A stretch of 64,000 nt of DNA from Azolla caroliniana (Eukaryota > Plantae > Polypodiophyta). The stretch is from the NCBI GenBank assembly GCA_043228905.1, contig JBHGNT010000018.1:13082001-13146000 (forward strand), written 5' to 3'. The notes under the pieces were generated by a model. It was given only the letters and a program-made list of their open reading frames with translations, searched no databases and was not told the DNA's origin. Shown here one piece after another: positions 36,534 to 48,527 of this stretch; the stretch's first letter is position 1, and each line of letters begins with the position of its first letter. Made by a program: the position numbers and the translations under genes.

Positions 36534-38037
36534 AATAGAATAATCTAGTATAGCATGCTATAGATTTGTTGTTTAAAGAAAATGGTTGTTGGAAGAGAAG
36601 TTGTAAGCTTAAGTCTCACTTTGGCATTAAATATCAAAATTAACTTTTGTGGAACCATAAGAAAAAAAATCAAGTAATAAAGCATTGTGTAGCGCAAATC
36701 AACTAATAAAGAAAAAAATCAACTAACAAATCCTCCAACTCTTTGAGAGGAGGCATGGACTACAATAAGACTATCAATTTTGATACTTAATCCACAAATT
36801 AATGGTTCATATGCATCCTCCACAAAGGTTCAACACAAGGAAAGTCCTTAGTAATTGATCTCCTCAAGAGGGCGGTGTTGCAAAGTTACATTTATGTGTG
36901 AAATGTCAGTTGGACCACAAAGGATCAGAACCAGGGAAGATCATTTGGCTTGCTCGAGTTGATGACTTCGGAACTCTTGTAACTGTCAATTGTAATGGTT
37001 CTTAGCTTCCTTTCGATATCCTTGATAGACTTGGTAATGTAATTGTGTGTGTGTTTCTATGTACAAATGAAAAAGTATATGACTACTTCCATATATAAGT
37101 GAATGTCTAAGTATATAAGAGTACTTAGACCTCTGACTCAATGCCCCATAATTCTCTCTTCACTTGGCCCAAACTAGATGCCATATCGACACCCATCTTT
37201 AGTTTCTTAGTTGATGAGTCATCTAATCCCGTTCGAACTTGTATGTACTATCATAAACATGGCAACAACTCCAAGTGCAGAGTTAGGTTTTCTTGTAGCC
37301 TAGGCTTCAAGTAGTAATCCTTTAAAGTTTATCATTGCTTTAGTATGCCCTATTTCCCATTTCAACTCTCTTCCCTTCTTTTTATTTAGCAAAAACATAT
37401 TCTTCATTAGTAGAAATTCTACATACATGACAAAATGATTAGACTGACAACCTTATAAAGGTTGTAGTCATGGTAGACCAATAAAAACTACAACGACTCA
37501 AAGTATAAAACTATAAAGAACGGTGAACACATACAGGAATCTTCTTTCCATTCATGTGATCATTGGCTTAAACTCTCTTCCCTTCATAAGTAGCTCATAC
37601 AAGGGTTCAGCCACATCAACATAATGTGAAATCCAAATGTGACAAAATGTATATGCCCCAAATAATCTTTGTACTTTGGTTTCTAATTCACAATAGTCTT
37701 CCATTTTATGGATGATGTTCACCATTTTTGGGGAGCGATTTTAGCCATATGGTTCACAAAGGTGTCCCACTACGAGTATCTCATGTTGCCCAAATCTCGA
37801 CTTTTCATTATAGAATGCAAGGTATGTTCCTTTCAGCCTCGATAACATCCTTTCACAATCAACAACGTGGTCAGAGACAAATCTTCTGCACCAATCCGTC
37901 CCTAAGGTTTTATCGTTCTTTGACTAGAAACATCATTTGGGAATGTCATTCAAAAACGACATAGTAATATCTTGGATGCAACATAGGATTAAAGAAGGAA
38001 CATGTTGTCCATAGGCCAGAAAAATAAATATATATTA

Positions 38038-38430
38038 TGTAAACTCGTCGTTAAGGAGTAGGTGAGGACGGTAGAGTTTAGGAGAACGCCGAGTTTCGAG
38101 CCTCACAGTCAGCCGACGGCTCAGCTCTGTATGAAGAAAAAAGTATATAAACCGAGGTCTATGTACCTCGACAGGGGGATACCTAGATCATTTTGAGCGA
38201 AAGTACTATCATAGGAGCAAGCTCTGTACATACTGTTTCCGGTTGAGGCCGAGTATTGTAATCACTATAAGCTTTATCATGGAATATAAGTTTCATCTTT
38301 TCTAAACGTCTATCTGTGTATTCTCCCCGTACTCGTAAATCAAGCTACATTCATACCTAATGGGTTGTAGCCTATGTACGATCCTTGTTCTCCTCTCTTT
38401 TCCCCGTGTAGAAGAAGCTTCCACGTAACA
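38038..38430 (+). repeat. Possible solo LTR
   Basis: TGTAAA...TAACA with internal gtatataaa; no TSD found. Confidence 0.35.
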
Positions 38431-38433
38431 CGA

Positions 38434-38750
38434 TGTCGTGAAAATACGACAAGGATACGTGAACGTTGAGGCAAGACCCCAGGGCCTTTAACTAGAGGAT
38501 ATCAAATTCGTGTATTTATGTACTAAGAATTAACCGAAATGAGAAAGATTAACAAATTTCATTAACAAGTAGAAAGAAAGATTACAATTAATCCCAAGAT
38601 TGGGATTACAAAAAGTTTGCTAATGGAGATGGCTAGAGTAATAGATTAGAATAAATGAGATATGGATTTAATTAGAAAATTAGCGTTTTTAGCTTCAATT
38701 CGAAAATTAGGGTTTCTGAGTTGTATGGCTAGTGACAGATTTTCACGACA
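38434..38750. repeat. LTR- or MITE-like unit with 12-bp terminal inverted repeats
   Basis: tgtcgtgaaaat ... attttcacgaca; no matching TSD. Confidence 0.5.
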
Positions 38751-39013
38751 GTGTGTTTAGAGGGCCACATCTTGAAAGTAGATGTAGCAACTGACACAAA
38801 TGATCTGGTCACGCAAGTTGAACAAGCATGTTGCACAAATGATCTAATTTTGCAGGTAGATGCAGCATGTGATACTAGTGGACTTATATCGACCAGATCA
38901 ATATCTACATGCACCGAGCTAATGACTAAGTCGACAATACAAGAGCACCAGAATGTGAAGCCAGGCCCAACACAGTCGACCAGGGGTTTAAAGAGGAAAA
39001 GACAGAACTTGAG

Positions 39014-39631
39014 TTGATTGAAATTGATCGTGTGCTATCAGTAATTGGTTTAATAGAGGCTCAGTTACAGGAATGGAAACATGAACCATTAGAAGTCGAA
39101 AGAAGAGCCTTGATCTTGGAGCTTGATAAAGTCATGATGAGTGTGCGATATATGACACCAAGGGACGCAAATCAATTTCTAGAGTGGGTTGTGCAATACT
39201 TTGATTTGTTTATTTGGAGTGAAAAACCACGCACAGATGTGTGGAAGTGTGTAGAAAGATTCTTCTTGAAGTGGCGACAACATTTCAAGGGTCAGTGGAC
39301 ACGAGAGAATTGTGAGCAAAAGGATGTTACAAGATTCAAAAGACTTTCTGATTTTTGGGCCACTTGGCCAGATTATAATGCTGACAATACATTGATTCTG
39401 GATACAGAACATTTCCGGCATTACTTCAACATTCGCAAATGCTATCTCATTCTACCCGAGGAAATGCCTAAACACTACTTGGTGAAAACATTGAGCTGCC
39501 AACTAATTGCATGGTTGTGGACTCCATACCGAGCTCGGTATGCAGATCATATATGTAGAGAAGTTCCACTGACCAGGAAGAGCTTAGCTATTTATAGGCG
39601 ATTTGAAGACATTGCCAATGGGATGTTATAA
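39014..39631 (+). CDS. FCP1/SCP (NIF) HAD-phosphatase-like domain ORF with degenerate catalytic motif; true start uncertain
   Basis: ALILELDKVM..FLEWVVQYFDLFIWS..WTRENC..KRLSDFW..YNADNTLILD follows the FCP1-homology pattern; open for 205 codons. Confidence 0.6.
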   Translation: MIEIDRVLSVIGLIEAQLQEWKHEPLEVERRALILELDKVMMSVRYMTPRDANQFLEWVVQYFDLFIWSEKPRTDVWKCVERFFLKWRQHFKGQWTRENCEQKDVTRFKRLSDFWATWPDYNADNTLILDTEHFRHYFNIRKCYLILPEEMPKHYLVKTLSCQLIAWLWTPYRARYADHICREVPLTRKSLAIYRRFEDIANGML

Positions 39632-40016
39632 ATATGTAATTTGATGACAGATTAATCAATGAAGAATTAAATTACTTGTTTTGAGTAACTTATCTACTGT
39701 GTAATTTTAAGAGTATGTTCAAGATTGTTGATTTCATGATAGTGCATTTTCTTAAAATTATGCAAACTATTTTAACTTGTACATGGTTCACTTGAGTAAA
39801 TATGTATCTCAGAAAGAAGAACCCTAAACAATATTATTAAACTGGTTTTTACGAAAGAAGACTGTATATAAAAAAGACACGCGATTTTATTGAGAAAGAA
39901 GTACAAAAAGTAGATTGTATATAATAAAAAACTCCCAAACAGGTCCATTAAACTGTTTATTTGCAATACATGTGCTTTGTTTGTCTTACAAGAAAACTGG
40001 TAATTTCTACTTGTAG

Positions 40017-42771
40017 CTACAAATTCCATGGCATACTATTGTAAATACATTCATACACATTAGCACTAACTGTGTATAAACCTGAGCAGCTATTGTATTG
40101 CGACATTGGGACATTGATGCACCTGACCAAATGAGAGTACATGTACGCCACTGGTTTGTCTACTAATAGCCTATACACATAATCGTAATCATCTAGTCTT
40201 GCATAAAAAATACCTTCGATGTAGAATGTCCCAGTAGATTCAACATTTCCCCAAGCATCTAATATATTCTGCGTTGCACGCTGTTTACAAACTGTGCACT
40301 TTAATATATAGAAATAAGCACCCTTTGCATTGCCTTCTTCTGCATTTATAGCGAAATTATCCCCAACATTGAAGACATCACTCAGAGTATCTCCACGTCC
40401 TTGATATGTGAAGTCAGCATTCTTTTATGTTTCTCCATCAACCGCTTCCTTATTGTTCAATGTATGATACTCCCAATTCTGAATATATGCTTTGTTTAAA
40501 CAATACCTCCAATTTCCCTACACACAATGGAAGCAAAAACAAGTTAATTCTCTAACCGCAATATAATGACCATCCAACCTAGAATGACCGCAAACAACAT
40601 GGAGAGATCGCAATTCGGGAATTCCTTGGCACTCCCAGGTCTTCTCCCTATTTACTTCATCTATCTTCACTTCCCAAAAGTCACGTTTGATATCTCAGAC
40701 CTACGAGGAATAAACACCAGTTGCACCCGTTGACATATTAGCTCTTAAAAATTCAACTACATGTGTTGCACAATTCATCTGCACACCATATGCCTTTAGT
40801 TGCTCATGGGTAAGTGCCAACTTTATAACAGCACCGACACCATCATGTTCACCTTTACCATCGCCGAACCCAAAAAAATTCCATCTCATCTCCAAACCTG
40901 TTATAGCAAGATCCCTCCCCACAAAATAAAATGGACATCTAGCCTTGAATTGTGACGCAACTCCATTAGACCAGATCCTTTCTTTTACACACCTTTCCTT
41001 TGAAATTGGTGTCAACTGACTCAAATAACTTGACAGAGATTAATATTTCACTACTCAATTCATTTGGACACCACCTAAATCTACTAGGGCCAAAATCTTG
41101 ACATAAACCTATGACACATTTATGATTGTGGAAGATGGTCTCAATTTTTCTCGGACACAATACTGAATCTAAACGACAACTCATGGAAGAGATAACATGC
41201 TCAGATGATTTACAGTGCTCTTGCGGGCTCAATCGACAAATTGGGCACTCACAAGTGCAAATTGCATTAGTTAGGGAGGTGCTATGGTGACGTAGTAGAT
41301 TAACAGAGTCCTTGAGAAAACCCATTTGTACATGGTAAATACAACAACATGTGTATCGATCCTTCAAGCGTCTCACAAAAGGTGGCTTAAGAGACTCGAA
41401 TGTTCATAGTTGAATTTTGATATTTGGATGCATTCGACTGAACCTAATAAATAAATCGACATGCGTAATAAAATGGACATACTGATTAGTTGATTAGCTA
41501 TGCTCCAAACCTGTTATAGCAACTAATAAGCTATTCTAGTACCTAATTAGCTATTCTGGTAGCTAATTAGCTGGTAATAACTAAATTAGTTATTGGGAAT
41601 AGCTAGTTAGCTATTCTGGTAGCTAATCAGTTATAGTCATACACAATTTATTAGCTATTCTGGTAGCTAAATAGCTATGCTCATATGCTTAGGTAGTTAA
41701 TTAGCTATTTTGGTAGCTAATTAGCTATAGTCATAAGCAACTAATTAGCGATTGTCATAGGCAGCTAATTAGCTATTGTGGTAGCTAAATAACTATGATT
41801 GGTAGCTAATTAGCCATTCTGGTAGCTAAATTAGCTATTGGCAATCGCTATTAAGCTATTACTAGTAGCTAGTTAGCTATGGTCATATTCTGAGGGAGCT
41901 AATTAGCTATTATGGTAGCTAGTTAGCTATGGTCATATTTTGAGGTAGGTAATTAGCTATTCTGGTATGGTCATATTTGGAGGTAGCTAATAAGCTAACT
42001 AGCTAAGCTCAAAAGTCAAAACAAATGTTGAGATAAATGTAAATACCTGAGGTACATCAAGAAGATGAATGGGATGCTCCTCGTATTGACTCCTTCCAAC
42101 ACGTTTCCTGCATAAATCCTTCTTATTGGGTGAAACCCTACTCTCATTAGTCCAAAATATTGTGATTATATCCTTGATTTTTGATGTTATGGGTGTCATT
42201 GGCTTACATCTTGTTGTTAGCTTTAGTAGACTAGTTCCTTCACCCGAGGAAACTATCTGATTCAATGTATTGTACACACTTTTTCTACTGACACCAATTA
42301 CCTTAGATAGCACACTGATGTTAATATCGTCAACATCACTATTAAGTAACATCATTAGACTAGACCTTTTTAAGACAAGATCATCTTTTGACCTGCTCAT
42401 GGATACAAAACTATTACAGATATTATTTACTAGTACAGATGTTATGTTTGCATTAAGACCATCACAATCAACTAATTCCTTTATTGATGGATCATTTAAT
42501 ATTCCATAAAGTACTACCTTCTTGTCTTCATTGCTGATGTGCTTGGTTTGAACATTGAAATAGTCTACAACCTTTCTCTCAATGATAAAGTCTCATTACT
42601 TCCATTCTCAATGATATTTAGACCTATATCGCAACCAATACTATCTTTACCTTTAGTGAGTGTGGCTTTCGTATCCTTCAACAATTGACGATGCTTTCTT
42701 CTTCTTTTCTGCCCAATACTTTCGTATTGCTTGTTGTGTCCTGATAGCGTCATCCCTATCCTGATGATCAT
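40017..42771 (-). pseudogene. Sola2-like DDE transposase, spliced and internally deleted
   Basis: FWTNESRVSPNKKD, TCCCIYH, CTCECPIC, IWSNGVASQFK, WNFFGFGDGKGEHDGVGAVIK, CFCFHC; intron ~41461-42046. Confidence 0.72.
41490..42005. repeat. Degenerate tandem array of the palindrome TAGCTAATTAGCTA inside the transposase intron
   Basis: Many agctaattagct(attctggt) units. Confidence 0.85.
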
Positions 42772-42959
42772 TGAGGGGTGATTCTAAACACCCTCTTTCC
42801 CCTTCCATTTGGCTTGATGAGTTTTAACCCTAATTTTCCCGAAAAAAGACACATATTAAAGATGGCTATGGGCAACAACAATACACAAAAATATTCCGCA
42901 ATACACAAGATTATACACAACAATACACAAGATAATCAATAGATAGGATAGTTATTTAA

Positions 42960-43970
42960 ATCCAAGACCGAACAGTGGCGGTAATCCAGGGCCAAATAGT
43001 GGTGGCAACTGAGTGTAGAATGGTGGCAGTGGAGGAGTGAACTCCGTTTGATCAAACAGTTTTGGCAATCTAGGACCGAACAATGGTAGCAACTGAGTGT
43101 AGAATGATGGCAATGGAGGAGTGAATTCCGTCAGATCGAATAGTGGCAAATGATGCTTGGAACGCACAGTGACGACAATTGAGAGTAGAATGGCAGTTGT
43201 CGAGAAGGAGTGAACTCCTTCGGATCGAAAAGTGGCAACAATACACGACTGAATAGTACTGGCAACTGAGTGTAGAATTATGGCAATGGATGAGTGAACT
43301 CCGTCAAATTGAAAAGTGGCAGCAATCCAGGACCGATTGGTAGCAGCAACTGAGTGTATGATGGCAATGGAGGAGTGAACTCTGTCAGATCGAACAATGG
43401 CAGATGATGCTTGGAACGCACAATGACGGCAACTGAGAATACAATGGTGGCAGTGGAGAAGGAGTGAACTCCCTCGGATCGAAAAGTGGCAGTAGTACAC
43501 GACCGAACAGTAGCAGCAACTAAGTGTAGAATGATGGCAATGGATGAGTGAACTCCGTCAAATAAAAAAGTAGCAGCAATCCAGGACCAAATTGTAGCGG
43601 CAACTAAGTGTAGAATGATGGAAATGGAGGAGTGAACTCCATCAGATCAAACAGTGGCAGATGATGCTTGGAACGCACAGTGACGACAACTGAGAGTAGA
43701 ATGGCGGCAGTGGAGAAGGAGTTAACTATGTCGGATCGAAAAGTGGCAGCAATATACGACCTTCACAATAGCGGCAACTGAGTGTAGAGTGGTGGCAATG
43801 GAGGAGTGAACTTGGCAGATGATGCTTGGATTGAACAATGGTGGCAACTAAGTGTAGAATGGCAGTAATGGAGGAGTGAACTCCGTCGGATCGAACTGTG
43901 GCAGATGATACTTGGACCGCACAGTGCCGGTAACTGAGTGTAGAATGGCGGCAATGGAGGAGTGGACTCA
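42960..43970. repeat. Minisatellite, ~80-85-bp units
   Basis: Recurrent caactgagtgtagaatg..ggcaatggaggagtgaactcc..gatcgaa. Confidence 0.85.
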
Positions 43971-44274
43971 ATAGGGTTTAGCAACAATGGTAGTAATCTA
44001 AGCCAGAATACTCAACTAGAGATGGCCCACGTGATGTGGCAAAGGATCATGCATAATGGACCTAGGAATTCGGTATATAGTTTATGGTGCACAATTATGG
44101 TGTTCATTTATATAATTAAAACTCTCTACTATTTTCAATGGTCGTTTTTTGGATAGCTAATTTATCAATGGTAGCTTTTTGCACAAATGACTATTTATCA
44201 ATGGTAGCTTTTTGCATAGCTAATTAGTTATGTCAAGGACATAGCTAATTGTTTCCACTCGCATGCTTTCACCT

Positions 44275-46347
44275 AGGTGACATCGTCCTTGTGCACCAAA
44301 TGTGGCTCCGAAACTCATTCACTACTTCGATGGCTCTATAATGTCCTTGTCAAGCATGTCTTTTACTACTTGATTGATCCTTTGATTATCCAAGGGAGAT
44401 CGCCGTATGGCAGCCATCCGAATTGGCTGTCCTACGACTGTCGGGATTGTATGTTGAACAGGCAAATTGATTAATATTGTTGTCGTTGTCTTGCGGAATA
44501 ACATTGGGAATTCCCGCAAGAGTCAGCGGATGTCAGCGATCCGTACTATGGTTGATTCTAGATGAACTTGTGTATGCATTATGTGGTTGCTAAGTTGTGG
44601 TGAGCTAAGCAAGGGAATCGTGGTCAACGACTTAAGGGATGTCATAACTAGCGATTGAGTATCAAAATGTAATTGTGCAAAGAAATCGCATCCTAATGTC
44701 ATGGGAAATAATTGGCATGGTAATACATAAAATGATTGTAGGAACTTATGTTGTGCTAAAAGAAAGGTGCAATGTGCTTGTGTGGACGATTGGTAGACTT
44801 GTTGTTTATCACCAAAGACTACTTGTATTTGTGTTGCTGGGGACGTGGGTAAGTTTAATGAATTGACTAAATCTATGATAATAGAAGAGATCGTGCTTCC
44901 TAAATCTAAGAGAGCCTTGTGTGATGTGTTATCTATTTGTGCTAATGTGGAACATACCTGTCGTTTGGAAGAGGTTGCGGCTTGAATGTGCGGTAGCTGC
45001 TCCTCCATCAGTTTCCCGCTTGGTGGTTTCCTTGTACCTCGGCAAGTGACGTCGAATCAGCCAATTAGACTTGAGCATTCTGATGGTGTTTAGATGCCGC
45101 CAATTTCCTACAATGTTTTTTAACATGGCCAAACCCATTGGGCCATTACAGTAAAAACAATGCAGCTTGCCCTGAGAATCACGATCAGGTAAGTTGTTTT
45201 TCTTGGTGAATTGTACATTTTGTACATCGATGTCCATTGGTGAAACCAAGGAATCATTTGGTTGTTTGTGATGATTGTTACTCATGGGTTGTGTGGATGG
45301 CAACAACTCTATGTAATCGGGTGCCTCAATCCTTTGAGTGATTTGGATGGCCATATGGAATGATGTCGGTCCTTGATCCCGAATGCGCCAATATAGATCA
45401 TGTCGTAATTGTGGTAGTAGGAAGTACAACTTCATGGTTTCCTTCATGTTGGGGTTGACTTGAAGTAGTAATTGTTTTAGCTTTACGACAAATTGTGCCA
45501 CCGGCTCGTTGGGTTACGGATGAAGACTATTCATCTGTTGTAGGGTGGATTGCATCATGTCGTTGTTAGCGAAATGTTCTATGAGTTGCTCCCGCAAATA
45601 GTGCCAGTTGTTCTTGATCTCCTCCCGTTGTTGTATGAACCACATGGCGGTTACATGCTCTAATATTGTTCACAGCTCCAATGCCTTTCTTTCATCATTC
45701 CAATCGTGATAACTTGCGACGAGGTCAAAATGATCTAGCTAAGCTAGTAATCCTCTATGGGGAGTCCAGAGAATGATCTTGGACGTATTCGGGAATCTTT
45801 TCTTTGATCACTTATTGTTCCTGTGGATTGACATTGAGCGGTGAGCCATGTCATGAGTGCCTGGTTTGTGTGATTTACCTTAATCATCATCATAGACATT
45901 GCTTGGAACATTTGCTCCATGGCTATATGCATCGATGTATGTTCTCCGAATTCGGGTTGCATACTTGTTGTGTTGTCGTCTTCTTGTTGTTGCATTTTGA
46001 TTACTCTGTGTGGTGAAGGCAAGCTAATCTGTTGAACGTGAGGGCGATTATGTGTCGGCTCTTCTATTTGCATATCGGTGGTGGGTGAAGGTGATTATGG
46101 CTCGGCTATTTGGGGCTTGGCGGCTGTTGCGTCATGCAGAGTGGCAGGTGGTTGATTGCCCGTCATCTCCACCAATGTAAAATGCTCAGAATGATTCACC
46201 CCAAAATAACCATTGCCTCAGCCTCTGGTTTGTATCTCTATTTATAGTATCCTATTACATCAATTACGTTCTTGGTTCCTACTTGAACTAACCGTTTATC
46301 AATCTTGGTAGACCATAAGTTTGGTTAAAGAATTGCCACGTCATACA
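44275..46347 (-). mobile_element. Truncated Ty3/Gypsy: LTR (~46176-46347), tRNA-Ala-like PBS, gag, protease, start of RT
   Basis: PBS tggtggagatg next to the LTR end; PMDID gag motif; KALLDLGSTISSI protease; QHTIPTVVGQPI..VKDMLDKDIIEPS RT start. Confidence 0.8.
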
Positions 46348-46432
46348 TATATGAAAATATTTCATTATTTAAGATTTTTAAAATTTTTAAGATGTTCCTA
46401 AAATGTGAGAATAAGGTCTAAAAATGAAAAGA

Positions 46433-46650
46433 TTGTTTAAAAACAAATTTTAAAATGTTTTTAAAATTTTTTAAATTAAAAAAAAACGTTAAACCGTTTA
46501 AACCGCGACTTCTGGCTGTTAAAACCAAACCGAACCGTTTTAAAAAACCTAAACCTAAACTGAACCGAACTGAACCGTTGAAACCGCTAAGTCGTTACGC
46601 CGCGGTTTCACAGTTCGGTTCGGTTCCAACCGAACCGTTGCCGATTGTTA
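46433..46650. mobile_element. Second terminal fragment of the hAT-like element, same orientation as 35826-35991
   Basis: cgttaaaccgtttaaaccgc...gttgccgattgtta shared. Confidence 0.55.
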
Positions 46651-46651
46651 A

Positions 46652-46985
46652 TGTCACAAACAAAGTGATGTTACACATGAAAATCTAATAGTTTATATTT
46701 GTTTACATATTTTATGGTTAGTCTAACGTTAAAAGAGTGGTCACAAGGTTAGTTGTATATGCATAGACTTGTGGGTGGTGAGTTTTTCATAAAGAGTTGC
46801 AAGGTGGCACACATTCATCCTGTACCTTTCGCATACTTGCTTGTATATAAAAGGGGTTCCCATCCTAGTTGTGCTCAAGAAGTTCAACACCACTTATTAG
46901 GTGTATTGAATTCTATCTAGTCTCATATTCCTTTTCATTGTTCTTGCTTCTCCTTTTCTATCTTTCCTACATTCTATTATTGACA
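46652..46985 (+). repeat. Possible solo LTR
   Basis: TGTCA...TGACA with gtatataaaagggg; no TSD. Confidence 0.4.
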
Positions 46986-47379
46986 CCGCATCTCACTTGG
47001 TCGCTCATTGAACATTGTCTTACATCTAGAATAGTTTGAACTTATTTAATACGATGGAACATGCTGTTGTGCCAACTTTCACCACTCTATGGAGGAGATA
47101 ATACACACAAGTTAATGTCTATAAGTCATCTTGTGGACACTCTTTTCACATTAGAGTACCCATGGAATATACTAACAAATACGTTGATCGTGACAGACCA
47201 TGCATATACATTTACAAACACACTTGTAAATACATTTAAACATACATATTAACACAATCACTTATACATTTAGACATACAAACACTTGCACATGCACTCA
47301 TGGTTATACACATACCAATACACAAACACATACAACTTCACATATTTAATGTACACTTATCACATAAGCAATCGGATAG

Positions 47380-47937
47380 AACTTTACACTCAAAATACAT
47401 ACTTGTTCAAAGAATGTTTACATGTCGACTATGAGTGCAACTTCTACTGCAAACTACACAAAGCAACCACATCAAAACCATATATATTTATTGAAACTAC
47501 CCTTGTGCTTTTGATATCATACCACATTTGGAATACATATCAATCAATGCCTTTGTGATGAGATTTTCATTCTCTAAGTGACTGTATATGATTTTGGCAT
47601 GGACTTCTTTCCCTATTTCTACAGCTCCTTCATTGCCACACACTTTCAATATGCAAATGAATGTGACTACATTTGGCAAATGACATTCAAGATGTATTTG
47701 TTCAAAACAATAAAATGCTCTCTTAATGAGCTTGCATTGTATATATCTCGCAATAAGAGAATTCCACACTACTATATCCCGAATTTGAAGCTTTTTTACT
47801 ATGTCCTTTGCTTTACAAAGCATGCCACATTTCACATACATGTCAACCAACGCACTACTGAGAATATCATTGTCCCCCCCAAACCCCTCCATCACAACCC
47901 TCACATGTATTTTTTTGCCCTTGTAGGCTTCTCCCAA
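47380..47937 (-). pseudogene. PLS-class pentatricopeptide repeat gene fragment
   Basis: SALVDMYVKCG..RDIVVWNSLI..PNVVTFICILKVC..GKEVH..ALIDMYSKCG; no intact start or end. Confidence 0.85.
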
Positions 47938-48488
47938 GTTTCCACATCCAAACCATATTCCTTGGTTATAAGGGGCCTTAGTGGCCTAGTTGCATTTTCA
48001 CGCCCTTCTTGCATATTCCTGTGATGTCATTTGATGCACATCATTGCCGATGCACCCCAACAAGGGAGGGAGTGTACATGTGATGATGAGCATCGACACT
48101 TTTCGGGTCCGTGAGTTCAAAGCCAAAGGGACAAGCAATTGAGAGGTGGGTGGTGGCACAAGTTCTTCCCAATAGTGTGCAAAAATTGTGGGGATGCTTC
48201 GATGCTTTTGGAGTCACTGTGACCCCCAAATCCAACAGATGCCGAACAATTCATGGGAGGCTGGTTGCTGCAGAGTTTGGTTGGTAGGGGGGAGTAAATA
48301 AGTAGGAGGGAAGAGAAGTGATGAGCATTGAATAAAAAAGAAAGGTTGGATCAGGATGGGTAGATGGCATGCCATATATGTATGATATTATGATATCAAT
48401 ACATATGTATGTATATGCATGCGTCATGACACAACACAACACGCATGTATGTATGTATGATAAAAATTGTGGTACAGACTAGTCTTTC

Positions 48489-48519
<31 letters not shown>

Positions 48520-48527
48520 TTAAGGCC

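Noticed and set aside
42952-43987. ORFs of 182, 81 and 74 aa
   Set aside because: Translations of the minisatellite.
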